64,000 nucleotides of DNA from a virus (Duplodnaviria > Caudoviricetes): IMG/VR virus record IMGVR_UViG_3300033122_000343, one strand, 5' to 3'. The notes under the pieces are model-generated. The model saw nothing but the letters and a program-made list of their open reading frames with translations, did not search any database and had not been told where the DNA came from. Positions 10,707 through 20,886 of the stretch are shown here, piece after piece (position 1 is the first letter of the stretch; each line of letters begins with the position of its first letter). Position numbers and translations under genes: made by a program.

Positions 10707-11551
10707 TATCCAACAAAATCTAAAGGCGGTATCTCATAGTATGTTTGCATTTTTTCTTCTAGAGCTTGTATCTCTCTGACACCATCTTCATATATTTCTC
10801 TACCATTTAATTCAACTCCACCTGGCAATTTTACACCCCTAAATTTTGTAAGATTTATACCCCATTGTTTTTTCATCAACGCTGTAAAATATTTTTTTAC
10901 AAATGGATCATTATAAACTTTAGTAAATGTATCAGGATCTAAAACTCTGTAGCACTGAATTATTAAGTAATCATCTGGTCTCATGCTTGAAGAGTCAGTA
11001 TCAATATATAATCTACTTTGTCTTCTATTAAATCTTATTTGTTTATCAGGGTGTAATATAAAATCCAAATCTTCCAAGTATCTCTTAGTCATTGTGTAAC
11101 TAAGAAGTTCCATAGAACTAAAATAATAAATTTCATTTAAAAATAGTTGGTAATTAACATTAAACATGTTTGTGCTAATTGCCCTATTATCTAATTTAAA
11201 AACTTTTTCAATTCCTATTACTGCATCTGGTATCTGAATAAAATTTTGAGTTTCTTCAAGTGTAAAAGTAGTTGTCCCAATTCCTGTAACACTTGCTGAT
11301 GTAGTTGTAGTGGTCAAACCAACAGAATCTACATCTCCTCCTGCTTTTACAGCATCAATAAAACCTTGAGTTATTTTATATTTCATATACATCAATTCGA
11401 CACCATCGTAATGACGATCTTGATATACCTGAATAGTATCGTCTATCAGATCTTCTATCTGCTCATCTGCAATATTGATTTCTAATACAGGAAAACCTAG
11501 TTGTCTTTTTCCATATTCAACTAAACCTGCCCTCGTGCTAGGCGATGCCAT
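10706..11551 (-). CDS. g13: Neck protein gp13
   Basis: LGFPVLEINIADEQIED, KKQWGINLTKF, LPGGVELNG. Confidence 0.93.
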   Translation of the reverse strand: MASPSTRAGLVEYGKRQLGFPVLEINIADEQIEDLIDDTIQVYQDRHYDGVELMYMKYKITQGFIDAVKAGGDVDSVGLTTTTTSASVTGIGTTTFTLEETQNFIQIPDAVIGIEKVFKLDNRAISTNMFNVNYQLFLNEIYYFSSMELLSYTMTKRYLEDLDFILHPDKQIRFNRRQSRLYIDTDSSSMRPDDYLIIQCYRVLDPDTFTKVYNDPFVKKYFTALMKKQWGINLTKFRGVKLPGGVELNGREIYEDGVREIQALEEKMQTYYEIPPLDFVG

Positions 11552-11558
11552 ATTTATA
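11551..11558 (-). promoter_or_regulatory. T4-type late promoter TATAAATA (representative; TAAATA cores also near 1926, 4822, 11570, 12414, 19872, 20671, 23338, 29922, 43911)
   Basis: gp55-type consensus found just upstream of structural gene starts. Confidence 0.7.
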
Positions 11559-11576
11559 CACAGTTTTCTTTATTTA

Positions 11577-12113
11577 TTAGTCAAACCTAACTATATCTAT
11601 TTCATCTCCTATAGTTGCAGCAGAAACTAAAGTTATTGAAGCACCAGATTTACTAAAGTCTGTAGTTGGTCTAATTTTTACTCCATTAATAAAAACTTGA
11701 ATATATGTTGGTAGACTTGATGAGGCAGTGAAAACCGTTTGACCTTGTGTAGCAGTAAATGTTTCTTCGGTAAATGTAACACTTGCAGCACTACCAAATA
11801 CTACATTTGTTCCATCACTTTTTAGAACCGTATCCTGTGCTCCTATAGTGGATGGCATATTATAATTACCAACTGTCAATCCATCAACTCTTACATCGCC
11901 ACTATATGAAATACCTGCCCCCACACCATTCGGTTCATTCCATGGATTTATTCTTGTTACCGTTGTTGCTACACCTACTGAAGATTGATCTTGTCTGATA
12001 TACAGATCACCATCAAAGGTGTTCATGGCAATTTCGCCAAGTTCTATATTTGCAAGCGAGGGACTTTTACCAGCGACAGAAGATCGCTTAAATTTTATAT
12101 TTGGAGATGCCAT
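11577..12113 (-). CDS. Fibre-associated structural protein
   Basis: N-terminal IKFKRSSVAGKSP..GEIAMNTFDG fibre-type motif; C-terminal QGQTVF..VFINGVK..GDEIDIV module also present in the 1949-aa fibre. Confidence 0.7.
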   Translation of the reverse strand: MASPNIKFKRSSVAGKSPSLANIELGEIAMNTFDGDLYIRQDQSSVGVATTVTRINPWNEPNGVGAGISYSGDVRVDGLTVGNYNMPSTIGAQDTVLKSDGTNVVFGSAASVTFTEETFTATQGQTVFTASSSLPTYIQVFINGVKIRPTTDFSKSGASITLVSAATIGDEIDIVRFD

Positions 12114-12167
12114 ACTATTATTGGTATATACTCATTAAATCTGATATATATCAGATATTATTATTAT

Positions 12168-12392
12168 TTAGAATTTACCGCCATCAGATGGTTTTGCTGG
12201 TTTTTTTGGTCTAGGAGATTTTTTTTCTAATTCAAGTATTTTTTCATTTAATTGATTGTTATTATTACTTAACATCTCAATCGTTTGACGATATTTTAAT
12301 TCTCTCGATTCAAGAGCAATTACCTGATTAATAAGATTAGTATATTTATTTTGATATATTGTAATCAAATTTTTGTAATCTTGTTCATCCAT
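12168..12392 (-). CDS. Small coiled-coil hypothetical protein (possible fibre chaperone)
   Basis: Heptad-like composition; TAAATA core upstream near 12414. Confidence 0.65.
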   Translation of the reverse strand: MDEQDYKNLITIYQNKYTNLINQVIALESRELKYRQTIEMLSNNNNQLNEKILELEKKSPRPKKPAKPSDGGKF

Positions 12393-12425
12393 AAAAAAAT
12401 CATTAACTGCCCTATTTAGTGCATT

Positions 12426-12674
12426 TTAAGTTGTCTTATTTCTAGTAGAAGTTATACCACAAGCAGGTTTAGGTATTGTATTAATATACCCGTCACAATC
12501 AGTCTGTTCTATGACGTTACAATATTCAATGCTAGTGATTTTAATATCATAGTAATTTTCTAATGACTCAATAATAAAGTCACTTGACTCAAAAAGATAA
12601 CACCCTTTTGATAATATACTCCATAGATCATGAGAATATGGTTCAAAATTTATTTTTTCAATTACAAATAACAT
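12426..12674 (-). CDS. Hypothetical protein downstream of the radical SAM gene
   Basis: ORF overlapping the rSAM stop; acidic, 4 Cys. Confidence 0.55.
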   Translation of the reverse strand: MLFVIEKINFEPYSHDLWSILSKGCYLFESSDFIIESLENYYDIKITSIEYCNVIEQTDCDGYINTIPKPACGITSTRNKTT

Positions 12675-13963
12675 GCTATTTCAGGAAATATTGTTCTCCA
12701 ATTAGTACCTCTTGATTTATCAAGTGCATCGAAGTATTTGATCCCTAACTCAAAACTATGTTGATCTCTTGGTTGCATCATATCGTCATAAACATATTGT
12801 GATATAGATTTTATATCATCACCTATCTCTTCTTTTATTTTATCGGGTAAATGTCTAGTCTGACAAAATTTAGGGTTCTCAATTTTATTCAGCATTGTTG
12901 TTGTATCAGTATATAAATTCATCTTCCTCATAAACTCAACTGTTTCTTTGAGTTTATAAATGCCTAACAAACTAGGTGTGATTGTGACTTCTATTTTTCC
13001 AAGTTTCCATTCTCTTTTAACATGATCTTGGGAGTTTTTATTTTTTATGTATGAAAATAATCTTTTTCTTTTAAAATACTTGTTTTCCTTACTATTGTAA
13101 AAATAATCTCTTACATCCAATACATTTTTCAATGTAATATCCCACTTAGTAGGATATCTCAACCAGTGATTTCTCTCTCCTAATCCATCCACACTCCAAT
13201 TTACAGAAACCCACTTGAAAGCATCAATATATTTTTTCATTTTTTTAAGATTAAAAAGAGTAAAGTTAGTCACATACATAAGTTCTATATTTTTTGCTTG
13301 ATCTGTTTCTATCAAGGCATCAAGTATATCAAAATGAGATACCATTGTCATTGGTTCACCACCACAAAATGCAAGGGTTTTAATATTCTTACCATGACAT
13401 ACGAGATCATCAACAAATAATTTCCATTGGTCTGGATTTGATTTTTTTACATCTTTATGAGCAAATGATATTCTTTGTACTAATCCCCTCCATATGGGAT
13501 CCATTTTTTTTAATCTTTCTATTCTTCTGCTTGAATTATCAGGTTGGCACTCATAACATTCTAAATTACAGTAATTACCAAAAGCATTTAGTTCTAACTT
13601 TAAAAACCTATCATCAGTATCAACCATTTTACCATCAACATCAAAGTTCCTCAATACACTCCAATCATGTTTCATTTGAGTGCGTGTTGATTTACCAATT
13701 TCTTTTTCATTACGCAAACATATTTTACACATACTCTTTATTTCTGGACTCATATTACCTGCTAACATATCTTTTCTAATCTGATTAAATATTTTACTTT
13801 TAAAATATTCAATAGGTGAGGTATTTTGAGGACCACAAATTGATTCAGTTTTTGCCCAACAACATGGTTGATAATTTAATCCAGGAGCATTTCTTAATTG
13901 AGAAAATGGTAGACTACATAATACAGGATTACCTTCCTGTGGATTTTCAAGTGTTTCTTCCAT
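12662..13963 (-). CDS. Radical SAM protein with N-terminal SPASM/twitch-like Cys cluster (copy 1)
   Basis: CSLPF..PCC..CKIC N-terminus; CNLECYEC (CX3CX2C); GGEP; WSVDG; LRYPTKW. Confidence 0.88.
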   Translation of the reverse strand: MEETLENPQEGNPVLCSLPFSQLRNAPGLNYQPCCWAKTESICGPQNTSPIEYFKSKIFNQIRKDMLAGNMSPEIKSMCKICLRNEKEIGKSTRTQMKHDWSVLRNFDVDGKMVDTDDRFLKLELNAFGNYCNLECYECQPDNSSRRIERLKKMDPIWRGLVQRISFAHKDVKKSNPDQWKLFVDDLVCHGKNIKTLAFCGGEPMTMVSHFDILDALIETDQAKNIELMYVTNFTLFNLKKMKKYIDAFKWVSVNWSVDGLGERNHWLRYPTKWDITLKNVLDVRDYFYNSKENKYFKRKRLFSYIKNKNSQDHVKREWKLGKIEVTITPSLLGIYKLKETVEFMRKMNLYTDTTTMLNKIENPKFCQTRHLPDKIKEEIGDDIKSISQYVYDDMMQPRDQHSFELGIKYFDALDKSRGTNWRTIFPEIACYL

Positions 13964-13988
13964 ACATATAGTTTATCAATTATAAAAT

Positions 13989-16900
13989 CTAAAAACTACC
14001 CCCGTCTATACTTATATTATTAAGTGAACGAGTAGTTCCAGAGCATGATATTAATTGTGTATTACCTGCACAGTCATTTACATATAAAGATCCAACTTCT
14101 AATGCACCAGCACTAGAATTTGTCATAACACCTGAACTCTCAGTGGCAACATTGGAAAAGACAAATCTAGAGGCACTGTCATCCCAATACATTGCTGCTT
14201 TTTTAGCAGAATCAGTATAGTAATTAAATATAACACCAAGATCTTTGTTTAGGTCAGAAGTTGGAGCAGAACCATCAACCATACCCAATTCAAGAAGAAC
14301 ATCTTCAATAGTTGTGTTTGTTGTATTGACCTGTGTAGTAGTACCATTAACAACTAAATTACCACCAATTGTAAGGTTTTGAGAACATGCTACAGCACCT
14401 GTGGAGTCAGATATAGTGAGAGCAGTAGTGCCATCTTTCGCTTTAACATTGGTTACTTCAATTGTTGGTACATCAATAGATGTTGTGACATTGACTGTTG
14501 ATGGAAGACCTATAGTAATACTTTGACCAGATGCGGAAGTTTCAATTTCGTTTGATGTACCAGAAACAGTTAGAGTTTGTGATGTTGAAACTGAACCACT
14601 ACCAGAATCACCAGCAATAGATGTAGTTACATCTACTGCCCCTACTTCAGCATCTACATATGCTTTAACTGATTGTTGTGTTGGAACTTTTGTAGCACTG
14701 TTAGATGACATGTTATCTTCATCTACAACAAAACTCATTGAAGCAGTGGTTGTGTCGCTATTCATTACTGCACCAGCAGCATCTACATTAGTAGCATCAG
14801 TTACATCAGCATTAGCCTCGATACCATCAAGTTTTGCGTGATCTGCTGTTGTGAAGTTTTCATCAGTTTGTGAAGCAACAGAAAAATCTAAAGTACCATC
14901 GCTGTCTTGATAAGTAACTGTTATACCTGATTCAGTATTTCCAGTAACCATTCCTCCCACAATATCCTGTACTTGCTCATCAGTTAGAGTTGCAGTTATA
15001 TACCCTGCTCCGTTTGTTATCGCATTATTATTAAGAGAAATGTTTGCTGTTCCATCAAATGAAACACCAGCTATAGTTCGTGGAGTTTCAAGGGCTGTTG
15101 CTGTTGCAGCGTTACCAGACGCATTTCCAGTTACATTACCTGTAAGGTCTCCAACAAATCCACCAGTGGCAGTTGCCACCCCTGATACTGTTAGATCAGC
15201 AGCAGTCTTCAGTGAATTGACGTTTACAATGTCTCCTAGTGATTTCCAAGCAACAACTTCAACTTCATCTCCTGCAGTTGCACCTGATCCAAGTGTAACT
15301 GTGCTACTGTTTGTTTCTGTGTAGTCAACTCCTGTGATAAGACGAACACCGTTTAGGTATACATCTACAAATCCTGCTGTATAGTTTGCAGAAACTGTAA
15401 TAGCAGTCTGTCCTTGAGTAAGAACTGTTGTTTCGGATGTTGTGAATGTAGTAGCAGCAACACCAGTTAAAACAACATCAGCAATGCCATCTTCAACAAT
15501 AAAGTCTTCTAAACCAGTTCCTCTGAATTTAAATGCAGTTACAAGACCTGCAGCAGCAGATACTGAGTGAATACCAACTCCAGGAATCAATCCACCACCA
15601 GTTGAGTTTCTTAGAGGTGCAGCACTTGTAAGTTGTCCATCAACATCAAGTGTTCCACCTACGTTTAGGTTCTTGGCAATACCAACACCACCATCAACTA
15701 TTAAAGAACCAGATGTGTTACTGGTTGATTGTGTAGTATCATTTAAGTTTACTGCACCAGAAGCATCTAAAGTTGTAAAAGCAGCAGTAGATGCTGAATT
15801 TGCACCTATTGCTGTACCATCTATAGCTCCTCCATTTATATCAACTGTTGTTAACGTAGATGTTCCAGAAACACCAAGAGTTCCAGATATTGTTTCATTA
15901 CCTGTAACTGCTAATGTTGTACCGTTGAATGTAAGGTTGCCACTATCCTCGATAGCACCACCAGTACCTGCAAGAACAACTCTTCCCGATGTGAGGTCAG
16001 ATACTGTAGCGGATGCTAAAGTAGATTCTCCAGTAACACCAAGTGTTCCTCCAACTGTTGCGTTACCAATTATTCCTGCATTTTCATCAACGTCCAGTGT
16101 ATCAATATGTGCAGTTCCATCAATGAACAAATCTTGCCATTCGAGTGTAGATGTACCTAAATCTCTTGTACTATCAACAGAAGGAACTATATCACTATCA
16201 AAACGACCTGTTGCAGTGATTGTATCACTTGTTGCATTACCTAAGTCTACATTACCATTAGCAGTAAGTGTTCCAGATGCAGTAACAGAACCTGAAACTA
16301 CAACATCATCATCAAGAGTTGTGGTTCCTCCTGCGGAATCAATAGTTAGATTTCCAGAAGCAGTATCTATTTCATTATCACCAGTTACCCCAATTTGGAT
16401 ATTATCAATAGTTGCTCCACCGTTAGCATCGATTGCTCCAGTAAATGTGGAAATACCAGATACCTTGAGTTGAGTTGAATCAACAAATGCTAGAGTACTT
16501 ATACCTGTAACATTGATTGCAGCAAATGTAGCACCTTGTCCACCACCAAGAACATAGTTCTTGACTCTAGACATTGTAGACTTACGGTTTGTACCACCAG
16601 CACCGTCATCAACTACGATCAAGTCAGCATCTACTAGATCAGCACCAATATCTGTACCACCGTCTATATCAAGAGAAGTAAGAGGTACTGTTCCTGCAGA
16701 TAATCCTGATCCAGATCCACTGAATGAATTACCAGTAATTGTGCCAGTGACATCAAGGTCTGCCCCTAATGTTGCATCACCAGTAACACCAAGTGTTCCT
16801 CCAACTGTTGCGTTACCAATTATTCCTGCATTTTCATCAACATCTAAAGTGTCAACGTGAGCAGTACCATCAAGATATAAGTCTTTCCATTCTAATGTAG

Positions 16901-19838
16901 ATGAACCTAAATCTCTTGCACCATCGGTAGAAGGAACTAGATCACTATCAAAACGACCTGTTGCAGTTATAGTGTCAGATGTAGCATTTCCTAAATCTAC
17001 ATTACCTTCAATCGATGCATTACCAGAAACTGTAAGACCTGTAAGAGTTCCAACATTAGTAAGAGAAGAGTTTACAACAGCAGATCCAAGAGTGGTTGCA
17101 CTCAATGTCTCTACGTTGTTTACCTTGTATACTTTACCAGATGCAATGTTTAGGTTCTCAGAAGATCCTAAGTTGTCACCTGTTGCTTCAAATTGGAATG
17201 TTTTGTTACCTTCACCAGATTCGATTGTAATACCACCACCATCAGCAGCAGCATCGTTAGCAGCACCGTTTGCAACTAAAATGTTTTTGTCAGTAATAGT
17301 AACGGTTGTAGAATTAACTGTAGTGGTTGTACCGTCTACTTGGAAGTCACCAGCGATTACAACTTTACCTGTATTATCACCTACCGCAGCAGGGTCAATA
17401 GTGATTGTTGCAGGACCTGAGATTGTGTTTGAAGTAACTCTAATTGCAGACCCTTCAGCACCTGTATGGAATTCAGTACCAGTAACAGTGCTTGAAGCAT
17501 TTACAGTTCCAGTTACACCTAATTGTGATCCGTTGAATGTAAGATTTCCTGAGTCTTCTAGTTCTCCAGATGTACCTGCTAATACAACTCTTCCGTCAGT
17601 TAGATCAGATATTGCTGCTGAGTTAGCAACCAAACCACCTGCAATATTAGCACCACCATCAGCATCAATTGCTCCGTTTACATCGACTGTACCTGTAAAT
17701 GTAGAAACACCAGATACTTTAAGTTGTGTAGCATCTACAAATGCAACAGTACTAATTCCTGTAACATTGACTGCAGCAAATGTAGCACCTTGTCCACCAC
17801 CAAGAACATAGTTCTTGACTCTAGACATTGCAGTTTTTCTATTAGTGCCACCTGCTCCATCGTCTACAATAAGTAGATCAGCATCTACTAAATCAGCACC
17901 AATATCTGTGCCACCATCAATATCTAAAGCAGCAAGACCAACTTTATTTGCTGTAGTAATTGTGTTTAGTTTGCCATCTTCAATTGACCCTGCTAGTTGA
18001 GCATTGGTTATAGTGCCAGTTAAACTTGAGGTAGGATAGTTAGTAGCATCAGTTAGGTCGAACGCTGGAGTTGAGTCTGATCCACCTAACGCTAAACTTA
18101 CACCACCATAAGATACTGTACTGTTTGCTAACTTACTATTTGCAATTGATCCAGCAAGTTTATCGTTAGAAATTGAACCTGCTAGTTGAGCATTGGTTAT
18201 AGTACCAGTTAAACTTGTAGTAGGATAGTTTGTTGCATCTGAAAGATCGAATGCTGGAGTTGTATCTGATCCACCTAATGCTATAGATACACCACCTAAA
18301 GATACTGTGCTATTTGCTAACTTATTGTTAGCAATTGAACCTGCCAACTGGGTATTGGTTATAGTGCCTGTTAGACTTGAAGTAGGGTAGTTTGTTGCAT
18401 CTGAAAGATCGAATGCTGGAGTTGCGTCAGAAGCACCTAACGCTAGACTTATACCACCAAAAGATACTGTGCTATTTGATAATTTATCATTAGCAATTGA
18501 ACCTGCTAGTTGAGCATTGGTTATAGTACCAGTAAGACTTGAAGTAGGATAATTTGTTGCATCCTGAAGATCGAATGCTGGAGTTGCATCAGAAGCACCT
18601 AATGCTATTGATACACCACCTAAAGATACTGTGCTATTTGATAATTTACTATTTGCAATTGAACCTGCCAACTGAGTATTGGTTATCGTACCACTCAGAC
18701 TTGAGGTAGGATAGTTAGTAGCGTCACTTAGATCAAATGCTGGAGTTGCGTCAGAACCACCTAAATTTAGACTTATACCACCAAAAGATACAGAACTGTT
18801 TGCTAACTTACCGTTTGCTATGGAACCTGCTAACTGATCATTGGTTATCGTACCACTCAAACTTGAAGTAGGGTAGTTTGTTGCATCTGAAAGATCGAAT
18901 GCTGGAGTTGCGTCAGAAGCACCTAACGCTAGACTTATACCACCAAAAGATACTGTGCTATTTGATAATTTATCATTAGCAATTGAACCTGCAAGTTGAT
19001 CATTAGTTATCGTGCCACTCAAACTTGAAGTAGGATAGTTTGTTGCATCAGTTAAATCGAACGCTGGAGTTGAGTCTGATCCACCTAACGCTAAACTTAC
19101 ACCACCATAAGATACTGTACTGTTTGCTAAGTTTGAGTTTGCTAATGGAGTTGCAAATGTAGCAGTCCCTGCTACATCTAAATTCCCGTTAGCATCAATA
19201 GCACCTGTGAATGTAGAGATACCAGATACTTTGAGTTGTGTAGCATCTGTAAATGCTACTGTACCAATACCTGTTACATTGATTGCAGAAAATGTAGCAC
19301 CTTCTCCACCACCGAGAATGTAATCTTTAATTCTTGAAGCATCTACCTTTCTATTTGTACCACTTCCACCGTCGTCAACTATAAACTCATCAGCGTCAAC
19401 TATAGCAGCACCGATATCAGTTCCACCATCTATGTCTAGAGAAGTAAGAGGTACTGTTCCTGCTGATAAACCTGAACCAGATCCTGTGACTGTTGTAGTA
19501 TATGATAGATTACCTGACCCATCACTTACTAAAATACCGTTTGCTACATCGGTGCCAGGTAATGTATACGTGACATCTCCACCTAGTGAATTAGGTGCTT
19601 TCAGCATTATTGCTGAAGTTCCGTTGTTAGATCCTTCTACAAGTTTTACGCCACTACCAACTGTAGCAGTATTAACTTGCCAAAATCTACCAGAACCTAC
19701 AAATTGATTATTATTAGTTGTAGAGTCAATACCAACATATAAATCATATTTGTCTACGGTAAATCCTGGTTCTCCTGCTCTTAATCCTGGTAGATCTGCA
19801 AGATTACCTCTCTTGAACTGAATTACTGGTGATGCCAT
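13989..19838 (-). CDS. Long tail fibre/adhesin-like structural protein, 1949 aa
   Basis: IQFKRG N-terminus; Gly/Thr/Ser-rich beta repeats; internal tandem and dispersed repeats; C-terminal IDGGSF. Confidence 0.85.
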   Translation of the reverse strand: MASPVIQFKRGNLADLPGLRAGEPGFTVDKYDLYVGIDSTTNNNQFVGSGRFWQVNTATVGSGVKLVEGSNNGTSAIMLKAPNSLGGDVTYTLPGTDVANGILVSDGSGNLSYTTTVTGSGSGLSAGTVPLTSLDIDGGTDIGAAIVDADEFIVDDGGSGTNRKVDASRIKDYILGGGEGATFSAINVTGIGTVAFTDATQLKVSGISTFTGAIDANGNLDVAGTATFATPLANSNLANSTVSYGGVSLALGGSDSTPAFDLTDATNYPTSSLSGTITNDQLAGSIANDKLSNSTVSFGGISLALGASDATPAFDLSDATNYPTSSLSGTITNDQLAGSIANGKLANSSVSFGGISLNLGGSDATPAFDLSDATNYPTSSLSGTITNTQLAGSIANSKLSNSTVSLGGVSIALGASDATPAFDLQDATNYPTSSLTGTITNAQLAGSIANDKLSNSTVSFGGISLALGASDATPAFDLSDATNYPTSSLTGTITNTQLAGSIANNKLANSTVSLGGVSIALGGSDTTPAFDLSDATNYPTTSLTGTITNAQLAGSISNDKLAGSIANSKLANSTVSYGGVSLALGGSDSTPAFDLTDATNYPTSSLTGTITNAQLAGSIEDGKLNTITTANKVGLAALDIDGGTDIGADLVDADLLIVDDGAGGTNRKTAMSRVKNYVLGGGQGATFAAVNVTGISTVAFVDATQLKVSGVSTFTGTVDVNGAIDADGGANIAGGLVANSAAISDLTDGRVVLAGTSGELEDSGNLTFNGSQLGVTGTVNASSTVTGTEFHTGAEGSAIRVTSNTISGPATITIDPAAVGDNTGKVVIAGDFQVDGTTTTVNSTTVTITDKNILVANGAANDAAADGGGITIESGEGNKTFQFEATGDNLGSSENLNIASGKVYKVNNVETLSATTLGSAVVNSSLTNVGTLTGLTVSGNASIEGNVDLGNATSDTITATGRFDSDLVPSTDGARDLGSSTLEWKDLYLDGTAHVDTLDVDENAGIIGNATVGGTLGVTGDATLGADLDVTGTITGNSFSGSGSGLSAGTVPLTSLDIDGGTDIGADLVDADLIVVDDGAGGTNRKSTMSRVKNYVLGGGQGATFAAINVTGISTLAFVDSTQLKVSGISTFTGAIDANGGATIDNIQIGVTGDNEIDTASGNLTIDSAGGTTTLDDDVVVSGSVTASGTLTANGNVDLGNATSDTITATGRFDSDIVPSVDSTRDLGTSTLEWQDLFIDGTAHIDTLDVDENAGIIGNATVGGTLGVTGESTLASATVSDLTSGRVVLAGTGGAIEDSGNLTFNGTTLAVTGNETISGTLGVSGTSTLTTVDINGGAIDGTAIGANSASTAAFTTLDASGAVNLNDTTQSTSNTSGSLIVDGGVGIAKNLNVGGTLDVDGQLTSAAPLRNSTGGGLIPGVGIHSVSAAAGLVTAFKFRGTGLEDFIVEDGIADVVLTGVAATTFTTSETTVLTQGQTAITVSANYTAGFVDVYLNGVRLITGVDYTETNSSTVTLGSGATAGDEVEVVAWKSLGDIVNVNSLKTAADLTVSGVATATGGFVGDLTGNVTGNASGNAATATALETPRTIAGVSFDGTANISLNNNAITNGAGYITATLTDEQVQDIVGGMVTGNTESGITVTYQDSDGTLDFSVASQTDENFTTADHAKLDGIEANADVTDATNVDAAGAVMNSDTTTASMSFVVDEDNMSSNSATKVPTQQSVKAYVDAEVGAVDVTTSIAGDSGSGSVSTSQTLTVSGTSNEIETSASGQSITIGLPSTVNVTTSIDVPTIEVTNVKAKDGTTALTISDSTGAVACSQNLTIGGNLVVNGTTTQVNTTNTTIEDVLLELGMVDGSAPTSDLNKDLGVIFNYYTDSAKKAAMYWDDSASRFVFSNVATESSGVMTNSSAGALEVGSLYVNDCAGNTQLISCSGTTRSLNNISIDGGSF
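17985..19145 (-). repeat. Seven tandem 162-bp (54-aa) coding repeats within the fibre
   Basis: Unit IANxKLxNSTVSxGGxSxxLGxSDxTPAFDLxDATNYPTSSLxGTITNxQLAGS x7, plus one 9-aa partial (ISNDKLAGS). Confidence 0.93.
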
Positions 19839-19908
19839 TTTACTAACTTCACTAAGAATTTTTTCTCTTTTTATTTATTTTTTTTCAAACGTTAAAGTGT
19901 AGATATAC

Positions 19909-20310
19909 TTACAAAAAAGTTCCAGCGTCTAAATCTATCTTGTCGTCTAATGCCTGATCTAAGTAATTAATAGTTGATGTTGATAATCCAACATTTGGAG
20001 TATCAGCAACAGCAGAATCAACTATCTCATCGGGAGATAAAAATACAAATTTTCCTGTAGAGTAATCAAAACTAAGCACTGACTTATTTGTATTTTCTCC
20101 TAAATTGGAACTTACAACATCTCCTAAGTCTCTTAAATTTGTCACGTCTCCTCCTCCTCCTCCTCCTAATAATGGTGTTACATTTATTGGAAACGATCCT
20201 CTCACTCCACCCACGCCAATTGATAAATTAGCATCAGCAGTTTGAGATACAATCCTTACTCCAATTTTTGAATTAGATGTAAATCTAACTCCAAAATTTG
20301 AATTAGACAT
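19909..20310 (-). CDS. Hypothetical virion structural protein
   Basis: LRDLGDV motif, poly-Gly, C-terminal DLDAGTF; lies in the structural block. Confidence 0.7.
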   Translation of the reverse strand: MSNSNFGVRFTSNSKIGVRIVSQTADANLSIGVGGVRGSFPINVTPLLGGGGGGDVTNLRDLGDVVSSNLGENTNKSVLSFDYSTGKFVFLSPDEIVDSAVADTPNVGLSTSTINYLDQALDDKIDLDAGTFL

Positions 20311-20311
20311 A

Positions 20312-20650
20312 TTAACTTACCGTTCCGTTTACTTTTACCTGCCCTGTAATAACTTTAGTTTTTGTGCCGTTATTAAGGTTTTCAATAACAATGTCATAGT
20401 CATATCTACCAGCCGTTAAAATTCCTGTTTGTGTATCTGTTAAAGATATTGTTAAATTTCCATCGCCTGGTGTTGCACCATAAGTGGCAGCAAAACTAAC
20501 TGATCCTGCTGATGTAAAATGTTTTCGCATTTTTGCAGAAAAAGTATATGGAGTTAGATCAAGAACCGAACCATCCGATTTCGTCATAGCATAAATTCTC
20601 TCAAAGTCAGTGCCCTGTTCTATCACAATATTTAAAGCAGGTACTGCCAT
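20312..20650 (-). CDS. Small Ig-like/baseplate-upper-like virion protein
   Basis: NIVIEQGTDF..LDLTPYT..LSLTDTQT..GRYDYDI..VITGQV pattern typical of cyanophage structural proteins. Confidence 0.75.
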   Translation of the reverse strand: MAVPALNIVIEQGTDFERIYAMTKSDGSVLDLTPYTFSAKMRKHFTSAGSVSFAATYGATPGDGNLTISLTDTQTGILTAGRYDYDIVIENLNNGTKTKVITGQVKVNGTVS

Positions 20651-20670
20651 CTTCTTGAATTACACTAATA

Positions 20671-20874
20671 TTATTTAGAGTTATATAATATAATTTTCTT
20701 TAATTCTTCAATCTCTCTTTTCAATTCTTCAATAGTATTATTTTGTTTTACTCTACTTTCTTTTTGAAACATATACTTTTGATATGCCTGTTGATCTACA
20801 TTTATTACGGCATTAGTATTAGTGTCTTTTTCAAGATTTGAAAAATTTTCTATTTTTACTCTTTTGTTTTTCAT
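20671..20874 (-). CDS. Conserved small hypothetical protein
   Basis: LEKDTNTNAVIN plus coiled coil, typically follows the VrlC-like gene. Confidence 0.7.
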   Translation of the reverse strand: MKNKRVKIENFSNLEKDTNTNAVINVDQQAYQKYMFQKESRVKQNNTIEELKREIEELKKIILYNSK

Positions 20875-20886
20875 TTTTGGTTTTCA

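Noticed and set aside
17985-19145. CRISPR array or DGR template/variable repeats
   Set aside because: The repeats are in-frame coding units without unique spacers; differences are not adenine-specific and no reverse transcriptase or cas gene is present.
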